This document shows, one piece after another, positions 18,249 to 28,683 of a stretch of 64,000 nucleotides of DNA (positions are counted from its first letter, which is position 1; every line of letters starts with the position of its first letter). Both the position numbers and the translations under genes were made by a program. The DNA is from Opitutia bacterium. Lineage in GTDB: Bacteria > Verrucomicrobiota > Verrucomicrobiia > Opitutales > Opitutaceae. The stretch covers positions 64,001 through 128,000 of the forward strand of contig CANJVR010000005.1 in NCBI GenBank assembly GCA_947478395.1, given 5' to 3'. Below the pieces are notes generated by a model, which saw only the letters and a list, made by a program, of their open reading frames with translations, was not told the origin of the DNA and did not search any database.

Positions 18249-19525
18249 TCCGACAGTTCTGCGCGCAATACCGCGAGCGTGCGATCGAGTGCCCCCACGT
18301 TGGCGCGATGCCATGCAAGTGCGTTCGTGCTTAGTTTCGCCCGGCGGGGATCGTCTGCGAGCAAGGTCGTGATTTCCCGCGTCAACGCGGCCACGTCCCC
18401 GACTTGCACGGCCGCATCAGCTGCGACCAAATCACGCGCCATCACCCGAAAATTGCCCATGCCGGGGCCAAAAATAATCGCGCGGCCCAAGCTCGCCGCT
18501 TCCACCGGCGTCTGGCCTTCCGTGTGCGGCGGCAAGCTTTTGCCCACGAAAACGACGTCGGCCAGCTGGGTGAACTTTCGCAACTCTCCCGTGGTGTCGC
18601 CGACCGAAACCTCGACCTCACCCGCCGCGGATCCGCGCGAGCGAAAATGATATTTCACTCCGAGCTGGACCAGCAGTCGTTCGATCTCATCACGGCGTTC
18701 GGCGTGACGCGGCACCAGCAGCAACGTCGTTGCCAAACCTTGCGACCGCGCGGTGCGCCAAGTTTCGATCAAGGCGGCTTCCTCTCCCGGCCACGTCGAC
18801 GATCCCAGCAGCACGCGGCCCGTCGCCGGCAGCCCGAGATCTCGGCGCAAGGTGGCCTTCGCCTCGTCATCGAGACGCGGAATGGCGACGTCGAGCTTGA
18901 GGTTGCCCGTCGTCAGAATTTTTTCCGCCGGCACGCCCAGCTCACGAAACCGCGCCGCATCGTGCTCCGAACACGCGAGGACGCGGTCGAGTCCGCCCGT
19001 CATTAATCGCGCCGCCGGACCGAACCATTTCATCCGCCGGTAACTCCGGTCGGAGAGCCGCGCGTTGATCGAAATCACGCGCACGCCCCGCGCCCGCGCC
19101 TGCCGCATGTGCTCCGGCCAGCGTTCCCCTTCTGTCAGGATTACGAGGTCCGGCTGGATTCGCCGCCAGACCCGCGACGAAAAGGGCTGCCAGTCCAGGG
19201 GAAAGTAACCGATCTCCGCGACAAATTGCTGGTAACGCTCATTCGCCAGCTGGTAGCCCGTGCTGGTCGTCGTCGTTAAAAAAATCTCCACCCCGTCGCC
19301 GTGCAGCGATTCCAGGAGGGGCGCAATCGCCAGCATCTCGCCCACGCTCACTGCCTGGAGCCACACCCGCTTGCGATCGCCGGACACGCGTTGCGAGCCC
19401 GCGCCGCCACCGAAACGATGCCCGAAATTCTCCGCATAGCCGCCGCGCCGGCGCATCCGCCGCAGGTAGGCGGGCGTCGCGACGAACAGCGCAAACGGAA
19501 ACAACAGGCGGTAAATCCAAATCAC
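18218..19525 (-). CDS. waaA: Kdo transferase (3-deoxy-D-manno-octulosonic acid transferase)
   Basis: VWLQAVSVGE, TTTTSTG, YFPLD, INARLSDRSY, GNLKLD, LVPRHAER; the ORF track over-extends it, real start taken at GTG 19525. Confidence 0.92.
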   Translation of the reverse strand: MIWIYRLLFPFALFVATPAYLRRMRRRGGYAENFGHRFGGGAGSQRVSGDRKRVWLQAVSVGEMLAIAPLLESLHGDGVEIFLTTTTSTGYQLANERYQQFVAEIGYFPLDWQPFSSRVWRRIQPDLVILTEGERWPEHMRQARARGVRVISINARLSDRSYRRMKWFGPAARLMTGGLDRVLACSEHDAARFRELGVPAEKILTTGNLKLDVAIPRLDDEAKATLRRDLGLPATGRVLLGSSTWPGEEAALIETWRTARSQGLATTLLLVPRHAERRDEIERLLVQLGVKYHFRSRGSAAGEVEVSVGDTTGELRKFTQLADVVFVGKSLPPHTEGQTPVEAASLGRAIIFGPGMGNFRVMARDLVAADAAVQVGDVAALTREITTLLADDPRRAKLSTNALAWHRANVGALDRTLAVLRAELSDSGRNQERSR

Positions 19526-19693
19526 CTCCAAGCACTCAGCCAAAGCTCCGCCGCGCGCAAGCGTCGGTTCAACGTACGATCGCTCGGAAACGCCCGCTCT
19601 AAAATCTTGTTTCGGAGCGGCGCGCCCGCCGGTCGGGGTGTCGCTTCGTTCTTTACGCTTCCGCCCGCCCGTAAAACTTCCACGCTTTACCCC

Positions 19694-22585
19694 ATGCTCA
19701 ACCGTCCCCGCGTCTCCCGTCTCCGGCTCGTCCAGATTTTTTTCCTCACCTTTTCGTGCACCCTCTCCGCTGCATTCGGCGCCGCCGCGCCGTTCGCCCA
19801 CGAGGCATCCGACTTGAAGCCCGACCCCACCGTCCGCTTCGGCACCCTGCCCAACGGCATGCGCTACGCCGTCATGCCAAACAAGGAGCCCAAGGGTCGC
19901 GCCTCGTTGCGCCTGCTCGTGCTCGCCGGCTCGCTCAACGAGGCGGAAAACCAGCGCGGGCTCGCGCATTTCCTCGAGCACATGGCGTTCAACGGCAGCG
20001 AACACTACAAGCCGGGCACGCTCGTCGAATTTTTCCAGCGCATGGGCATGAGCTTCGGCGGCGACACCAACGCCTCCACCGGTTTCGACCGCACCCTGTA
20101 TCTCCTCGAGTTGCCCAAGACGGACGATGCCACGATCACCGAGGGCCTGCGCGTTTTCAGCGATTACGCCGGCGGACTCCTGCTGCAGACCGATGAGCTC
20201 AACAAGGAGCGCGGCATCATCCTCAGCGAAAAACGCACCCGCGATAACGTCCAGTTCCGCGCCTTCATCGCCCAATTCGAATTCGAACTCGGCTCCACGC
20301 TTTTTCCGAAACGCATCCCGATCGGTCAGCCCGAAATCATCGAGCAGGCACCCCGCGAACGCTTCGTGGAATTCTGGAACACCTGGTACCGTCCGGAAAA
20401 AATGGCCGCCATCGTCGTGGGCGACGTCGACCCCGTCGCCGTCGAAAAAATGATCGTCGCCGCCTTTACCCCGCTTACGGCCCGCGCACCCGCCAAGCCC
20501 GATCCGGCTCTCGGCGACATCGTGACGTTCGAGGGTGTGCGCTCGTACTTCCACGCCGAACCGGAAATGCCCGTCACCGACGTCACGCTGCGCTCCATCA
20601 CGCCGTACCGCCACGAGCCTGACACCGTGGCGAACCGGTTGAAATATCTGCCGCGCCAACTCGCGATCTCGATGGTGAACCGTCGTTTCTCAGAATTAGC
20701 CAAGAAGGAAGGGGCCCCGTTTTCCCGCGCCAGTGCCGGCGTGTCGGAGGAATATAATTTCCTGCGCGACGCCTCGGTCACGGTCATCTGCAAACCCGAA
20801 CAATGGACGGCCGCGCTCGCGATCGGCGAACAGGAGCTGCGGCGCGCGCTCGAATTCGGCTTCCAGCCTTCCGAGCTCCGTGAGGTCGTCGCCAATTTCA
20901 CCAACTCGCTCGATCAATCCGTGCGGACCGCATCGACGCGGCGCTCCGGCGAACTCGCCGATGAACTCGCTGAGAGCATCCTTGATCAGGACGTTTTCAC
21001 GCATCCGGAAGCCGATCGGGCCATCTACCAGCCGGTGCTCGACAAAGTCACCGCGGCCGACTGTCTCGCCGCCCTGCGTTCGGCCTTCTCGTCGCCCGGC
21101 CGCTACGTGATGGTCACGGGCAACGCGAAAATTCCCGGCGAAGCCACCGCGGCGATTTCCGCGGCGTACGCCAGCTCTCGCGCCATCGCGGTCGTCGCGC
21201 CCGCCGTCCAAGCCGAAGCAAAATGGGGCTACACGACCTGGGGCCAACCCGGCGCGATCGCCAAGCGCAGCCACATCGACGACCTCGACATTACGCTCGT
21301 GGAATTCGCCAACGGCGTTCGCCTGAATTTAAAGAAGACGCCCTTCGAGGCCGGTCGCATCGGCATTCGGATGCGCGTCGGCAACGGCAGTATCACCCAA
21401 CCGGCAGGATTCCGCGGGCTCGATACGCTGGCGGACGGCACTTTCACTTCGGGCGGCCTCGGGCAACACAGCACCGACGACCTCCGCCGCATCAACGCCG
21501 GCAAAAATGTCGGGATCAGTTTCAACACCGGCACGGATGCCTTCGGTTTCGGCGGCAGCACGACCCCGGCCGATCTGGCACTCGAACTCCAGCTCCTCAC
21601 CGCTTATCTCACCGATCCTGGCTATCGTCCGGAATCGATCCGGCAGGCGCAGAAGGGCATTGAACAAATGTACCTCGGCTTCGAACACACCGCCAACGGC
21701 CCGATGAGCACGGAAGTGGCCAACCTCCTCGCAAACGGCGATCCGCGTTTCGGCCTGCCAAGCAAAGAAGTCATGATGGCGCGCAATCTCGCCGAAGTGC
21801 GCACGTGGCTGGCGCCGCAGTTCGCTCAAGGTGCCATGGAAATCGCGCTCGTGGGCGATCTCGACGTCGAGGCCTCCATCGCGGCCGTCGCCCAGACATT
21901 TGGCACCCTGCCCGCACGCGAGGCCAAGCCGGCGCTCGATGCGCTCAAGAAAGTTTCGTTTCCCGCGAAGCCGTTCACCAAGACCTACGTCATCGATTCG
22001 GAAATTCCGAAGGCGAACGTTTACATCTACTGGCCGTCGACCGACGGCACCGATGTAAAACGTGCGCGCCGGCTGAACCTCCTCGCGAATGTCCTCAACG
22101 ATCGCCTGCGCGTAAAAGTGCGCGAGGAGATCGGCGGCACGTACAGCCCACGCGCCGGCAGCAGCGCGAGCGATGTCTTCCCGGGCTACGGCTATTTTCA
22201 GGCCAACTGCATCGTCGATCCGGCCGTCGCGGAAAAAATCGCGGACGTCATTGTCGCCATCGGCGAAGACCTCGCGACGAACGGCGTCACCGCGGACGAA
22301 CTCGAACGTGCGCGCCAGCCGGCGCTCACCTCGATCAAGGAATCGGCCCGGACCAATGGCTACTGGATCAGCTCCGTGCTGGCGCGCGCGCAGGAAAAGC
22401 CCGAAGTACTCGACTGGGCGCGTTCGCGTGAAGCGGATGTGGGCGCGATCACGGCCGCCGAACTTTCCGCTCTCGCCAAGACGTACCTCGGACGCGACCA
22501 CGCCTCGCGCGTGACCATTTTGCCCGCGGAAAAAATGTCCACGGTCGAAAAGGCGGCGGCGGACGGTAAGCCGGTTCAGAAGTAA
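19694..22585 (+). CDS. M16 zinc protease, PqqL-like
   Basis: Signal peptide, GTLPNGMRY, GLAHFLEHMAFNGS, four-domain length. Confidence 0.92.
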   Translation: MLNRPRVSRLRLVQIFFLTFSCTLSAAFGAAAPFAHEASDLKPDPTVRFGTLPNGMRYAVMPNKEPKGRASLRLLVLAGSLNEAENQRGLAHFLEHMAFNGSEHYKPGTLVEFFQRMGMSFGGDTNASTGFDRTLYLLELPKTDDATITEGLRVFSDYAGGLLLQTDELNKERGIILSEKRTRDNVQFRAFIAQFEFELGSTLFPKRIPIGQPEIIEQAPRERFVEFWNTWYRPEKMAAIVVGDVDPVAVEKMIVAAFTPLTARAPAKPDPALGDIVTFEGVRSYFHAEPEMPVTDVTLRSITPYRHEPDTVANRLKYLPRQLAISMVNRRFSELAKKEGAPFSRASAGVSEEYNFLRDASVTVICKPEQWTAALAIGEQELRRALEFGFQPSELREVVANFTNSLDQSVRTASTRRSGELADELAESILDQDVFTHPEADRAIYQPVLDKVTAADCLAALRSAFSSPGRYVMVTGNAKIPGEATAAISAAYASSRAIAVVAPAVQAEAKWGYTTWGQPGAIAKRSHIDDLDITLVEFANGVRLNLKKTPFEAGRIGIRMRVGNGSITQPAGFRGLDTLADGTFTSGGLGQHSTDDLRRINAGKNVGISFNTGTDAFGFGGSTTPADLALELQLLTAYLTDPGYRPESIRQAQKGIEQMYLGFEHTANGPMSTEVANLLANGDPRFGLPSKEVMMARNLAEVRTWLAPQFAQGAMEIALVGDLDVEASIAAVAQTFGTLPAREAKPALDALKKVSFPAKPFTKTYVIDSEIPKANVYIYWPSTDGTDVKRARRLNLLANVLNDRLRVKVREEIGGTYSPRAGSSASDVFPGYGYFQANCIVDPAVAEKIADVIVAIGEDLATNGVTADELERARQPALTSIKESARTNGYWISSVLARAQEKPEVLDWARSREADVGAITAAELSALAKTYLGRDHASRVTILPAEKMSTVEKAAADGKPVQK

Positions 22586-22608
22586 TTTCTCAGCACGTCC
22601 CCCTTCAA

Positions 22609-22765
22609 TGGAAGTGGTGGGCGGAGTACAGTCGCCCGCGTCGAAGTCGCCGTAAGCCCCGTGATTTCGCGAACAACGGTGCGGGTGTATCCCGAGCGGC
22701 CCGTGCAGGCGTTCCTCGCGCGCGCAGAAACGCGATTGAGGCCACGCCGGCTCCGTCCACCTCCA
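22609..22765 (+). ncRNA. Candidate structured RNA, 6S-like rod
   Basis: Hand folding: 12-bp closing helix GGTGGGCGGAGT/GCTCCGTCCACC with nested helices and a central bubble; G-U pairs favour the + strand. Confidence 0.5.
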
Positions 22766-22863
22766 GTCTGTCCGCAAAAATCGATGTTTGGATCGGACGT
22801 CTTTTCTACCCTCAATCCGCCCGGTCCCCTTCGCGTCCTCCTTCCACCCTGAAGAAAATTATC

Positions 22864-24225
22864 ATGCACCGCCCCGCCCTCGTCCTCGCTGCCTTCGTCT
22901 GCGCCGCCGTTTCAGCCACGGCTCAAACCATCAAGTACGATTTCGGTCCCGGCACCGCACCGTCGGGATGGACCAAGGTCACGCCCGATCTCACTTACAC
23001 CGATGACCGCGGCTTCGGCTTCGAAGGCGTGCCAGCCAGCGGCCTCGCGACCTTCAAGACCGGCAACGATCCGCTCAAGGGCGACGGCGTGAAAGCCGAT
23101 GCCCCCTTCTTTTTTACCTTTAAGGTCCCGAGCGAGGGCAACTGGCGCGTGACCGTGACGCTGGGCGGCGATCCGGCCGCGGCCTCGCTCACGACGATCA
23201 ACGCCGAAATTCGCCGTCTCATGGTGCTGCACGCCGCGACCAAACCGGGCGAATCGAAAACCGTTTCCTTTCTCGTCAACACCCGCACGGCCAAGATTCC
23301 TGACGGCACCGTCGTCCGCCTCAAGCCGCGCGAGACCCAAGGCGAGGCGATAGCGTGGGATGACCGCATTCAGCTCGAATTCAACGACGCGCATCCCGCG
23401 ATCTCATCGCTGACCGCCGAGCGCGTGGACAACGTTCCCACGATTTATCTGATCGGCGATTCGACGATGACGGATCAACCGGGCATGCCGACGACCAGTT
23501 GGGGTCAATTTCTCCCGATCTTTTTCAAGAACACGGTCGCCATCGCCAATCACGGCGAGTCGGGCGAAGCGTACAGCGCTTTCCGCGGGGAGCGTCGCCT
23601 CGCGAAACTGCTCAGCGTGATCAAGCCGGGCGACTGGGTCATCTCACAGTTCGGTCACAACGACGAAAAAGAGCGCGAGCGCGGCGAGACGTTTGGCGCG
23701 TTCAAGAACTACGCGACCGAGATGCGCAATTACACGAATGAGATCCGGGCCAAAGGCGCCCACATCATTCTCGTCACGCCGATGCAGCGGCACTCGTTCG
23801 CCGATGGAAAAACGAAGAACACGCACGACGATTATCCGGATGCCGTTCGCGCGGTCGCGAAAGAACTCGATGTGCCGATGATCGATCTCACCGCGATGAG
23901 CGACAAGATGCTCAATGCCATGGGCGAAAAGCCCGCGTGGCTGCTCTTCTCACGCGGCTCCGATGCGACCCATCACAGCCCCTACGGCGCGTGGGAATTG
24001 GCGAAGTGTATCGCCCAGGGCATTAAGGACTCCAAGGCCGAGCCGGCCAAGTGGCTCGCCGATGACTTCAAAGGTTTCGACCCGTCGAAGCCCGATTCAA
24101 TCGAATCCTATACCGTGCCCGAGTCTCCACGCCGCGCCGGCGCGGGTGGCGCGGGGGCACCCGCGGCTGCGCCCGGTGCGCCGGCCCCCAAGGCGGATGA
24201 TGCTTCCAAGCCCTACGGGAACTGA
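22864..24225 (+). CDS. Rhamnogalacturonan acetylesterase-like SGNH hydrolase (CE12, RhgT/YesY type)
   Basis: Signal peptide, KYDFGPG, IGDSTM, SWGQ, QFGHND, DATHH. Confidence 0.88.
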   Translation: MHRPALVLAAFVCAAVSATAQTIKYDFGPGTAPSGWTKVTPDLTYTDDRGFGFEGVPASGLATFKTGNDPLKGDGVKADAPFFFTFKVPSEGNWRVTVTLGGDPAAASLTTINAEIRRLMVLHAATKPGESKTVSFLVNTRTAKIPDGTVVRLKPRETQGEAIAWDDRIQLEFNDAHPAISSLTAERVDNVPTIYLIGDSTMTDQPGMPTTSWGQFLPIFFKNTVAIANHGESGEAYSAFRGERRLAKLLSVIKPGDWVISQFGHNDEKERERGETFGAFKNYATEMRNYTNEIRAKGAHIILVTPMQRHSFADGKTKNTHDDYPDAVRAVAKELDVPMIDLTAMSDKMLNAMGEKPAWLLFSRGSDATHHSPYGAWELAKCIAQGIKDSKAEPAKWLADDFKGFDPSKPDSIESYTVPESPRRAGAGGAGAPAAAPGAPAPKADDASKPYGN

Positions 24226-24253
24226 GGAGATGATTTAATAAAGATGGTCCGCG

Positions 24254-24345
24254 GTAAGGCGGGGCATGCTTAACCCGTCGCTGCGACTCGCCTCGACGAG
24301 AGCGAGCGGAGCCAAACCGGGCGCGTTAGGCATAACGCGCCCTAC
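24254..24345. repeat. GTAG REP doublet, family B
   Basis: GTAAGGCGGGGCATGCTTAACCCG ... GGCGCGTTAGGCATAACGCGCCCTAC between convergent genes. Confidence 0.65.
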
Positions 24346-24358
24346 TCCGTTCCTCATC

Positions 24359-25279
24359 CTACGGCGCCTCCGCGTAGGCCGCGCGCACCGCGCCGGTCAC
24401 CCGGCCGCGGTCCGGATACTTTCCCTGCAACTCCGTGGTCACCATCTGCGCCGCTTCGTCGACGCTCCGTCCTTGTTTCTTTAACTCGGCGGTTCGATCC
24501 CGCACCGTGCTCAGGTACACGCGATAATCGCCGATCAGCGTCGCGTCACCCATCGGTCCGTGACTCGGAACAATCCGCTTCGGCTGCAGCTTCGCCAAGG
24601 CGTCGAGGCTTTCGAGCCAGTGTCGCATCGTCGAATAGGGACTGGCGAAGGCCGGCAGCGGCCGCATCACAATATCGCCGGAAAACAAAATGCCGTCGGG
24701 TTCGATCAGAAACACCGTGTCGCCCCGCGTGTGGTTTGCCCCCATCGCGATCACCCGCACGCGCACTCCGCCCAGATCGACCGCCTGCTCGCGCTCGAAG
24801 ACGATGTCGGCCGGGCGAAAACCCGCGTCTTTCAGAAGATCCGCCACGAACGGCGAACGCGCGCTAAACGTCCGCGCCATCTGCAGCCCAAATTCCGCGA
24901 TGTCTTTTTGCTGGTCAGTCGAGCGCAGCATTTTCGTGTTCGCCGGAAACGCCTGCGCCCCGAGGTCGTGCTCGGGATGAAAATGCGTTGTACCTAAATA
25001 GAGCTCGGCGTTGGGGCTGACCTTGGTGACTTCGCGCCACACGGCCTGCCCGTTCTTCACGCCCAGACCGGTATCAATCACGAAGGTTGCGCGCGTGCCA
25101 ACGACGAGGCCGACGTTGGGCACGAGAGGCACACTACCGTCGGGTATCACGTGCACATGCTCGGAGATTTTTTCGGTGACACCTTCGCGGACCACCGGAT
25201 TCACCGGCTGCGCCACGACGTGACCCAAGCTGCACGCAGCGCCGAGGAAGAAAACCAAACGGGGTAAGAATGCATTCAT
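24359..25279 (-). CDS. Metallo-beta-lactamase fold hydrolase, exported
   Basis: VIDTG, THFHPEHDLG, HTRGD, FSGD, VPSHG. Confidence 0.88.
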   Translation of the reverse strand: MNAFLPRLVFFLGAACSLGHVVAQPVNPVVREGVTEKISEHVHVIPDGSVPLVPNVGLVVGTRATFVIDTGLGVKNGQAVWREVTKVSPNAELYLGTTHFHPEHDLGAQAFPANTKMLRSTDQQKDIAEFGLQMARTFSARSPFVADLLKDAGFRPADIVFEREQAVDLGGVRVRVIAMGANHTRGDTVFLIEPDGILFSGDIVMRPLPAFASPYSTMRHWLESLDALAKLQPKRIVPSHGPMGDATLIGDYRVYLSTVRDRTAELKKQGRSVDEAAQMVTTELQGKYPDRGRVTGAVRAAYAEAP

Positions 25280-25436
25280 AGCGAGGGGTGATTTTTGCGG
25301 TCAGGCAGCCTCATCGCTAGCGCGAGCGCAAGTCGAAGCCCGCGACGCGCTTTACTTCGCCCGCGCCTTCTGGAAAAAATCTACCCACGCGGCCCCACGC
25401 GTTTCCCCCGCTCGATCCGCGTCCTTCCTTTGCCTT

Positions 25437-26450
25437 ATGAACCGTCGCCGTTTCCTCGCCGCCTCCACTGCGCTCGCCTCCATCGCCGCCCTGCCCCGCA
25501 CCTTCGCACAATGGCAACCGAGCCAGCGTTACCCCGATCCGTTGATTAAAATCATCGATCCGAGCTTCGCCAAATACCGGATCCCCGCGGCCAAGGTCGA
25601 ACGTATCGCCACCGGCCAGCGCTGGGCCGAGGGTCCGGTATGGTTTGGGGACGGGCGTTACCTGCTCTGGAGCGACATTCCCAACAACCGCATGATGCGC
25701 TGGGACGAGGAAACCGGCAGCGTCAGCGTTTTCCGTCAGCCGTCCAACAACTCCAACGGCAACACGCGCGATCGGCAGGGACGCCTGATCACGTGCGAGC
25801 ATCTCACGCGCCGCGTCACCCGCACCGAATACGATGGCTCGATCACGGTCATCGCGGATGGCTTCGAGGGAAAACGTTTGAATTCACCCAACGACATCGT
25901 CTGCAAATCCGATGGCTCGATCTGGTTCAGCGATCCGCCGTTCGGGGTGCTTGGCTTCTACGAAGGGGAAGTCGCCCCGCCGGAGTTGCCGACGAATGTC
26001 TATCGCTGGGACCCGTCGACGAAGCAGCTCGCCGTCGTCGCCGCCGACGTCAATCGCCCGAACGGCCTCGCGTTTTCGCCCGACGAATCGGTGCTCTATA
26101 TCATCGAAGCTGGCGTGACGCCCCGCGTCATTCGGGCCTATGACGTCGTGCAGAACGGAACGCGGATTGCGTCACCCCGAATCCACATCACGGCAGAAAT
26201 CAACGGCACGCCGGATGGCATGCGCGTGGACGTCGACGGAAACATCTGGTGCGGCTGGGGCATGGGTGCCGAAGGCCTCGACGGCGTGGCGATCTTCAAT
26301 CCCGCGGGAAAACTGATCGGCCGCATCGATCTGCCCGAACGCTGCGCCAATCTCTGTTTTGCCGGCCGGCATCGCAACCGGCTGCTCATGGCCAGCTGCA
26401 CCTCGGTCTATTCTTTGTTCGTCAATACCCAGGGCGTCGCCGGCGGCTGA
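25437..26450 (+). CDS. SMP-30/gluconolactonase family protein with Tat signal
   Basis: MNRRRFL, WAEGPVW, LNSPND, PNGLAFSPDE, PDGMRVD. Confidence 0.92.
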   Translation: MNRRRFLAASTALASIAALPRTFAQWQPSQRYPDPLIKIIDPSFAKYRIPAAKVERIATGQRWAEGPVWFGDGRYLLWSDIPNNRMMRWDEETGSVSVFRQPSNNSNGNTRDRQGRLITCEHLTRRVTRTEYDGSITVIADGFEGKRLNSPNDIVCKSDGSIWFSDPPFGVLGFYEGEVAPPELPTNVYRWDPSTKQLAVVAADVNRPNGLAFSPDESVLYIIEAGVTPRVIRAYDVVQNGTRIASPRIHITAEINGTPDGMRVDVDGNIWCGWGMGAEGLDGVAIFNPAGKLIGRIDLPERCANLCFAGRHRNRLLMASCTSVYSLFVNTQGVAGG

Positions 26451-26721
26451 GCGGCTGATTTCAAAAACGGCGGCCCCGTTCGCCGCGAGCCTCTAATCGC
26501 GGAAGGGTCGGCCACAAAGAGGCACCACCCTCTCTTCTCCCGGCGTTCCCATCGTCCACGCGCGTAGATGCGCAAAAAAGACTTCGCCGGAGCCAGCGAA
26601 ATTCTCGTGCCTTTGTGCGGCCAAGCATCCGATGGCTTTTTCGCTTTCGCGTGCGGCGGGAACGGACTGATTCCCCTCTTGGAGAGGGGCCACCATTGGT
26701 CGGGCCGCACTTGCGCCGAAC

Positions 26722-27915
26722 CTATTTCTTCAAGCCCGCGCAGAAACGGGCGAGACGCGTGACACCCTTCTGGATGATCTCGTCGCTCGTCGCGTAGCTG
26801 AGACGCAGGTAGCCCTCGGCGCCAAACGCCGAACCGGGGACTGCCGCGACTTTCTCGCTGTCGAGGAGACGTGCGCAAAATTCCGTATCCTTCAGGCCGA
26901 AGCTCGAAATATTCGGGAAAAGATAAAACGCGCCCTCGGCCAGCAGACACGTGATGCCGGGGATTTTGTTGAGCTCGGCGTGCAGGAATTTCCGGCGGCG
27001 GTCGAAAGCCACGAGCATCGTCTTCAACGCCGCCGCGGTCTTTTCCTTTTCCTTCAAGGCCGCGAGCGCACCGTATTGCGCGAACGTCGTGACATTCGAT
27101 GACATCTGGCTCTGCAGTTCCGAAATCGCCTTGGCGATCGGCGCCGGTGCCACCGTCGTGCCGATGCGCCAGCCCGTCATCGCGTAAGTCTTAGAGAAGC
27201 CGGCGACCACGATCGTGCGGGCCTCCGCTTCCTTGCTGAAGGTCGCCACGCACGAAGGCGTCGCGCCGTCGTAAACGAGATGTTCGTACATCTCGTCGGA
27301 AAGGATGTAGAGGTTGTGCTTGAGCGCGACCGCCACGATCGCCTCGAGTTCGCGGCGGGAATAAACCGCGCCAGTGGGATTCGACGGCGAATTGAGGATG
27401 AGCAGCTTTGTCTTCGGGGTGATGGCCGCTTCGAGTTGGGCGGGCGTCAGACGAAAACCGGAGCGATCGTCGGCGAGGACGATCTTCGGCACCGCACCGG
27501 CCAGTTTCACCATCTCGGGATAGCTCACCCAGAACGGCGCCGGCACGATCACTTCGTCGCCGGGCGAACACGTGGCCAAGACGCCGAGGTAGCACGAAAA
27601 TTTTCCGCCCGGACTGACGATCACCTGCGACGGCGCGACCTTCAAATTGTAATCGCTGCCGTAACGTTCGGCGATCGCTTGGCGCAACGGCTCGATTCCA
27701 GGCGTGGGCGCGTACTTCGTCTTGCCGGCCTTCAGCGCGGCGATGCAGGCGTCCTTGATGTGCTCCGGCGTATCGAAGTCGGGTTCACCCGCGGCGAAAC
27801 CGCACACGTCCTCACCGGCGGCCTGGAGGGCTTTGGCCTTGGCGTCGACCGCGAGGGTCGGTGAAGGCGCGACATTGAGAGCCCAGGCGGAGAGGGGAAG
27901 CGGCAGGTTGGACAT
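26722..27915 (-). CDS. aspC: Class I/II PLP aminotransferase (aspartate aminotransferase)
   Basis: [43 protein letters not shown]. Confidence 0.9.
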   Translation of the reverse strand: MSNLPLPLSAWALNVAPSPTLAVDAKAKALQAAGEDVCGFAAGEPDFDTPEHIKDACIAALKAGKTKYAPTPGIEPLRQAIAERYGSDYNLKVAPSQVIVSPGGKFSCYLGVLATCSPGDEVIVPAPFWVSYPEMVKLAGAVPKIVLADDRSGFRLTPAQLEAAITPKTKLLILNSPSNPTGAVYSRRELEAIVAVALKHNLYILSDEMYEHLVYDGATPSCVATFSKEAEARTIVVAGFSKTYAMTGWRIGTTVAPAPIAKAISELQSQMSSNVTTFAQYGALAALKEKEKTAAALKTMLVAFDRRRKFLHAELNKIPGITCLLAEGAFYLFPNISSFGLKDTEFCARLLDSEKVAAVPGSAFGAEGYLRLSYATSDEIIQKGVTRLARFCAGLKK

Positions 27916-28140
27916 CGGCGTAAAGAGATGCCCAAAAAAGAACCGGCGCGAGCAAAGGCAAGCCCCGGTGCAAGCGGCAGGCGCTCTAATTAGAAATGGT
28001 CATCGCGGAGCGCGCCGTAGTCATCGAGTTGGATGGCTCCGTCGCTGCACGGCTTGTCGTAAAAAATCAAAACACGCCCCGCGCTAAGCCGGCAATTTTC
28101 CCGACGCGGCCGCCTTCGCCCCGCCGTTTTCGGCCTCCGC

Positions 28141-28473
28141 TCAGCGCGCGACTTTTTTCTTCGAGGCTCCGGCCGCTTTCACGGGCAGACTCTCGAGGGC
28201 CAGACGGATCAACTCGCCGACACTACCGTCGTTTTGGCGAGCGCAACGTTTCAGCAGCGTGCGCTGGGCGGCGCTCACTCGGACGGAAATCTGGCGATGG
28301 GGATCCCGATCGAATTCGCAGCTCGCGAAATCGAATTGCTCGATGGCCATGCGCACGACCTCACTGGCGGTCTTTAGGGCGTGACCTTTGCGGCAGGTTT
28401 CGATTTTCGCGATCAGCGACTCGGGGAGATCAAACGTGAGCGGGGCAGAGACCGGGGGTTTGCGCGAAGCCAT
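28141..28473 (-). CDS. Tandem ribbon-helix-helix (CopG-like) protein
   Basis: Two RHH units: LTFDLPESL...SEVVRMAI and ISVRVSAAQ...SVGELIRLAL. Confidence 0.75.
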   Translation of the reverse strand: MASRKPPVSAPLTFDLPESLIAKIETCRKGHALKTASEVVRMAIEQFDFASCEFDRDPHRQISVRVSAAQRTLLKRCARQNDGSVGELIRLALESLPVKAAGASKKKVAR

Positions 28474-28683
28474 GATTGGAGCAGGAGTAAAGAAAACGAA
28501 CGGACAGATAAAGCCATAGGCACCGACGGCGCGGCAATTAAAATAAGCGAAGAGAGCGCCAAGCGAATTTTCGGGGAGCGGAACGCTTGAGCGCTTCGGC
28601 TTGGATCTGGGAAAGCCCGGTTCGCCTTCGACGCCGCCAGCGGCGGGTAAACTTCATCGCTTCCGCTTCGCGGAAAATATCAT

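Noticed and set aside
19526..20659. 813-aa ORF suggesting a large N-terminal fusion on waaA
   Set aside because: The extension is antisense to the PqqL-like gene; WaaA similarity starts at VIWIYRLL (19525).
22609..22765. tRNA or tmRNA end (TGGAGGTGGACGGAG on the minus strand)
   Set aside because: No T-arm GTTCGA or cloverleaf accompanies the CCACCTCCA end.
26511..26650. Inverted pair GCCACAAAGAGGCAC / GTGCCTTTGTGCGGC as an ncRNA
   Set aside because: More likely a decayed short intergenic repeat; too degenerate to define from one copy.
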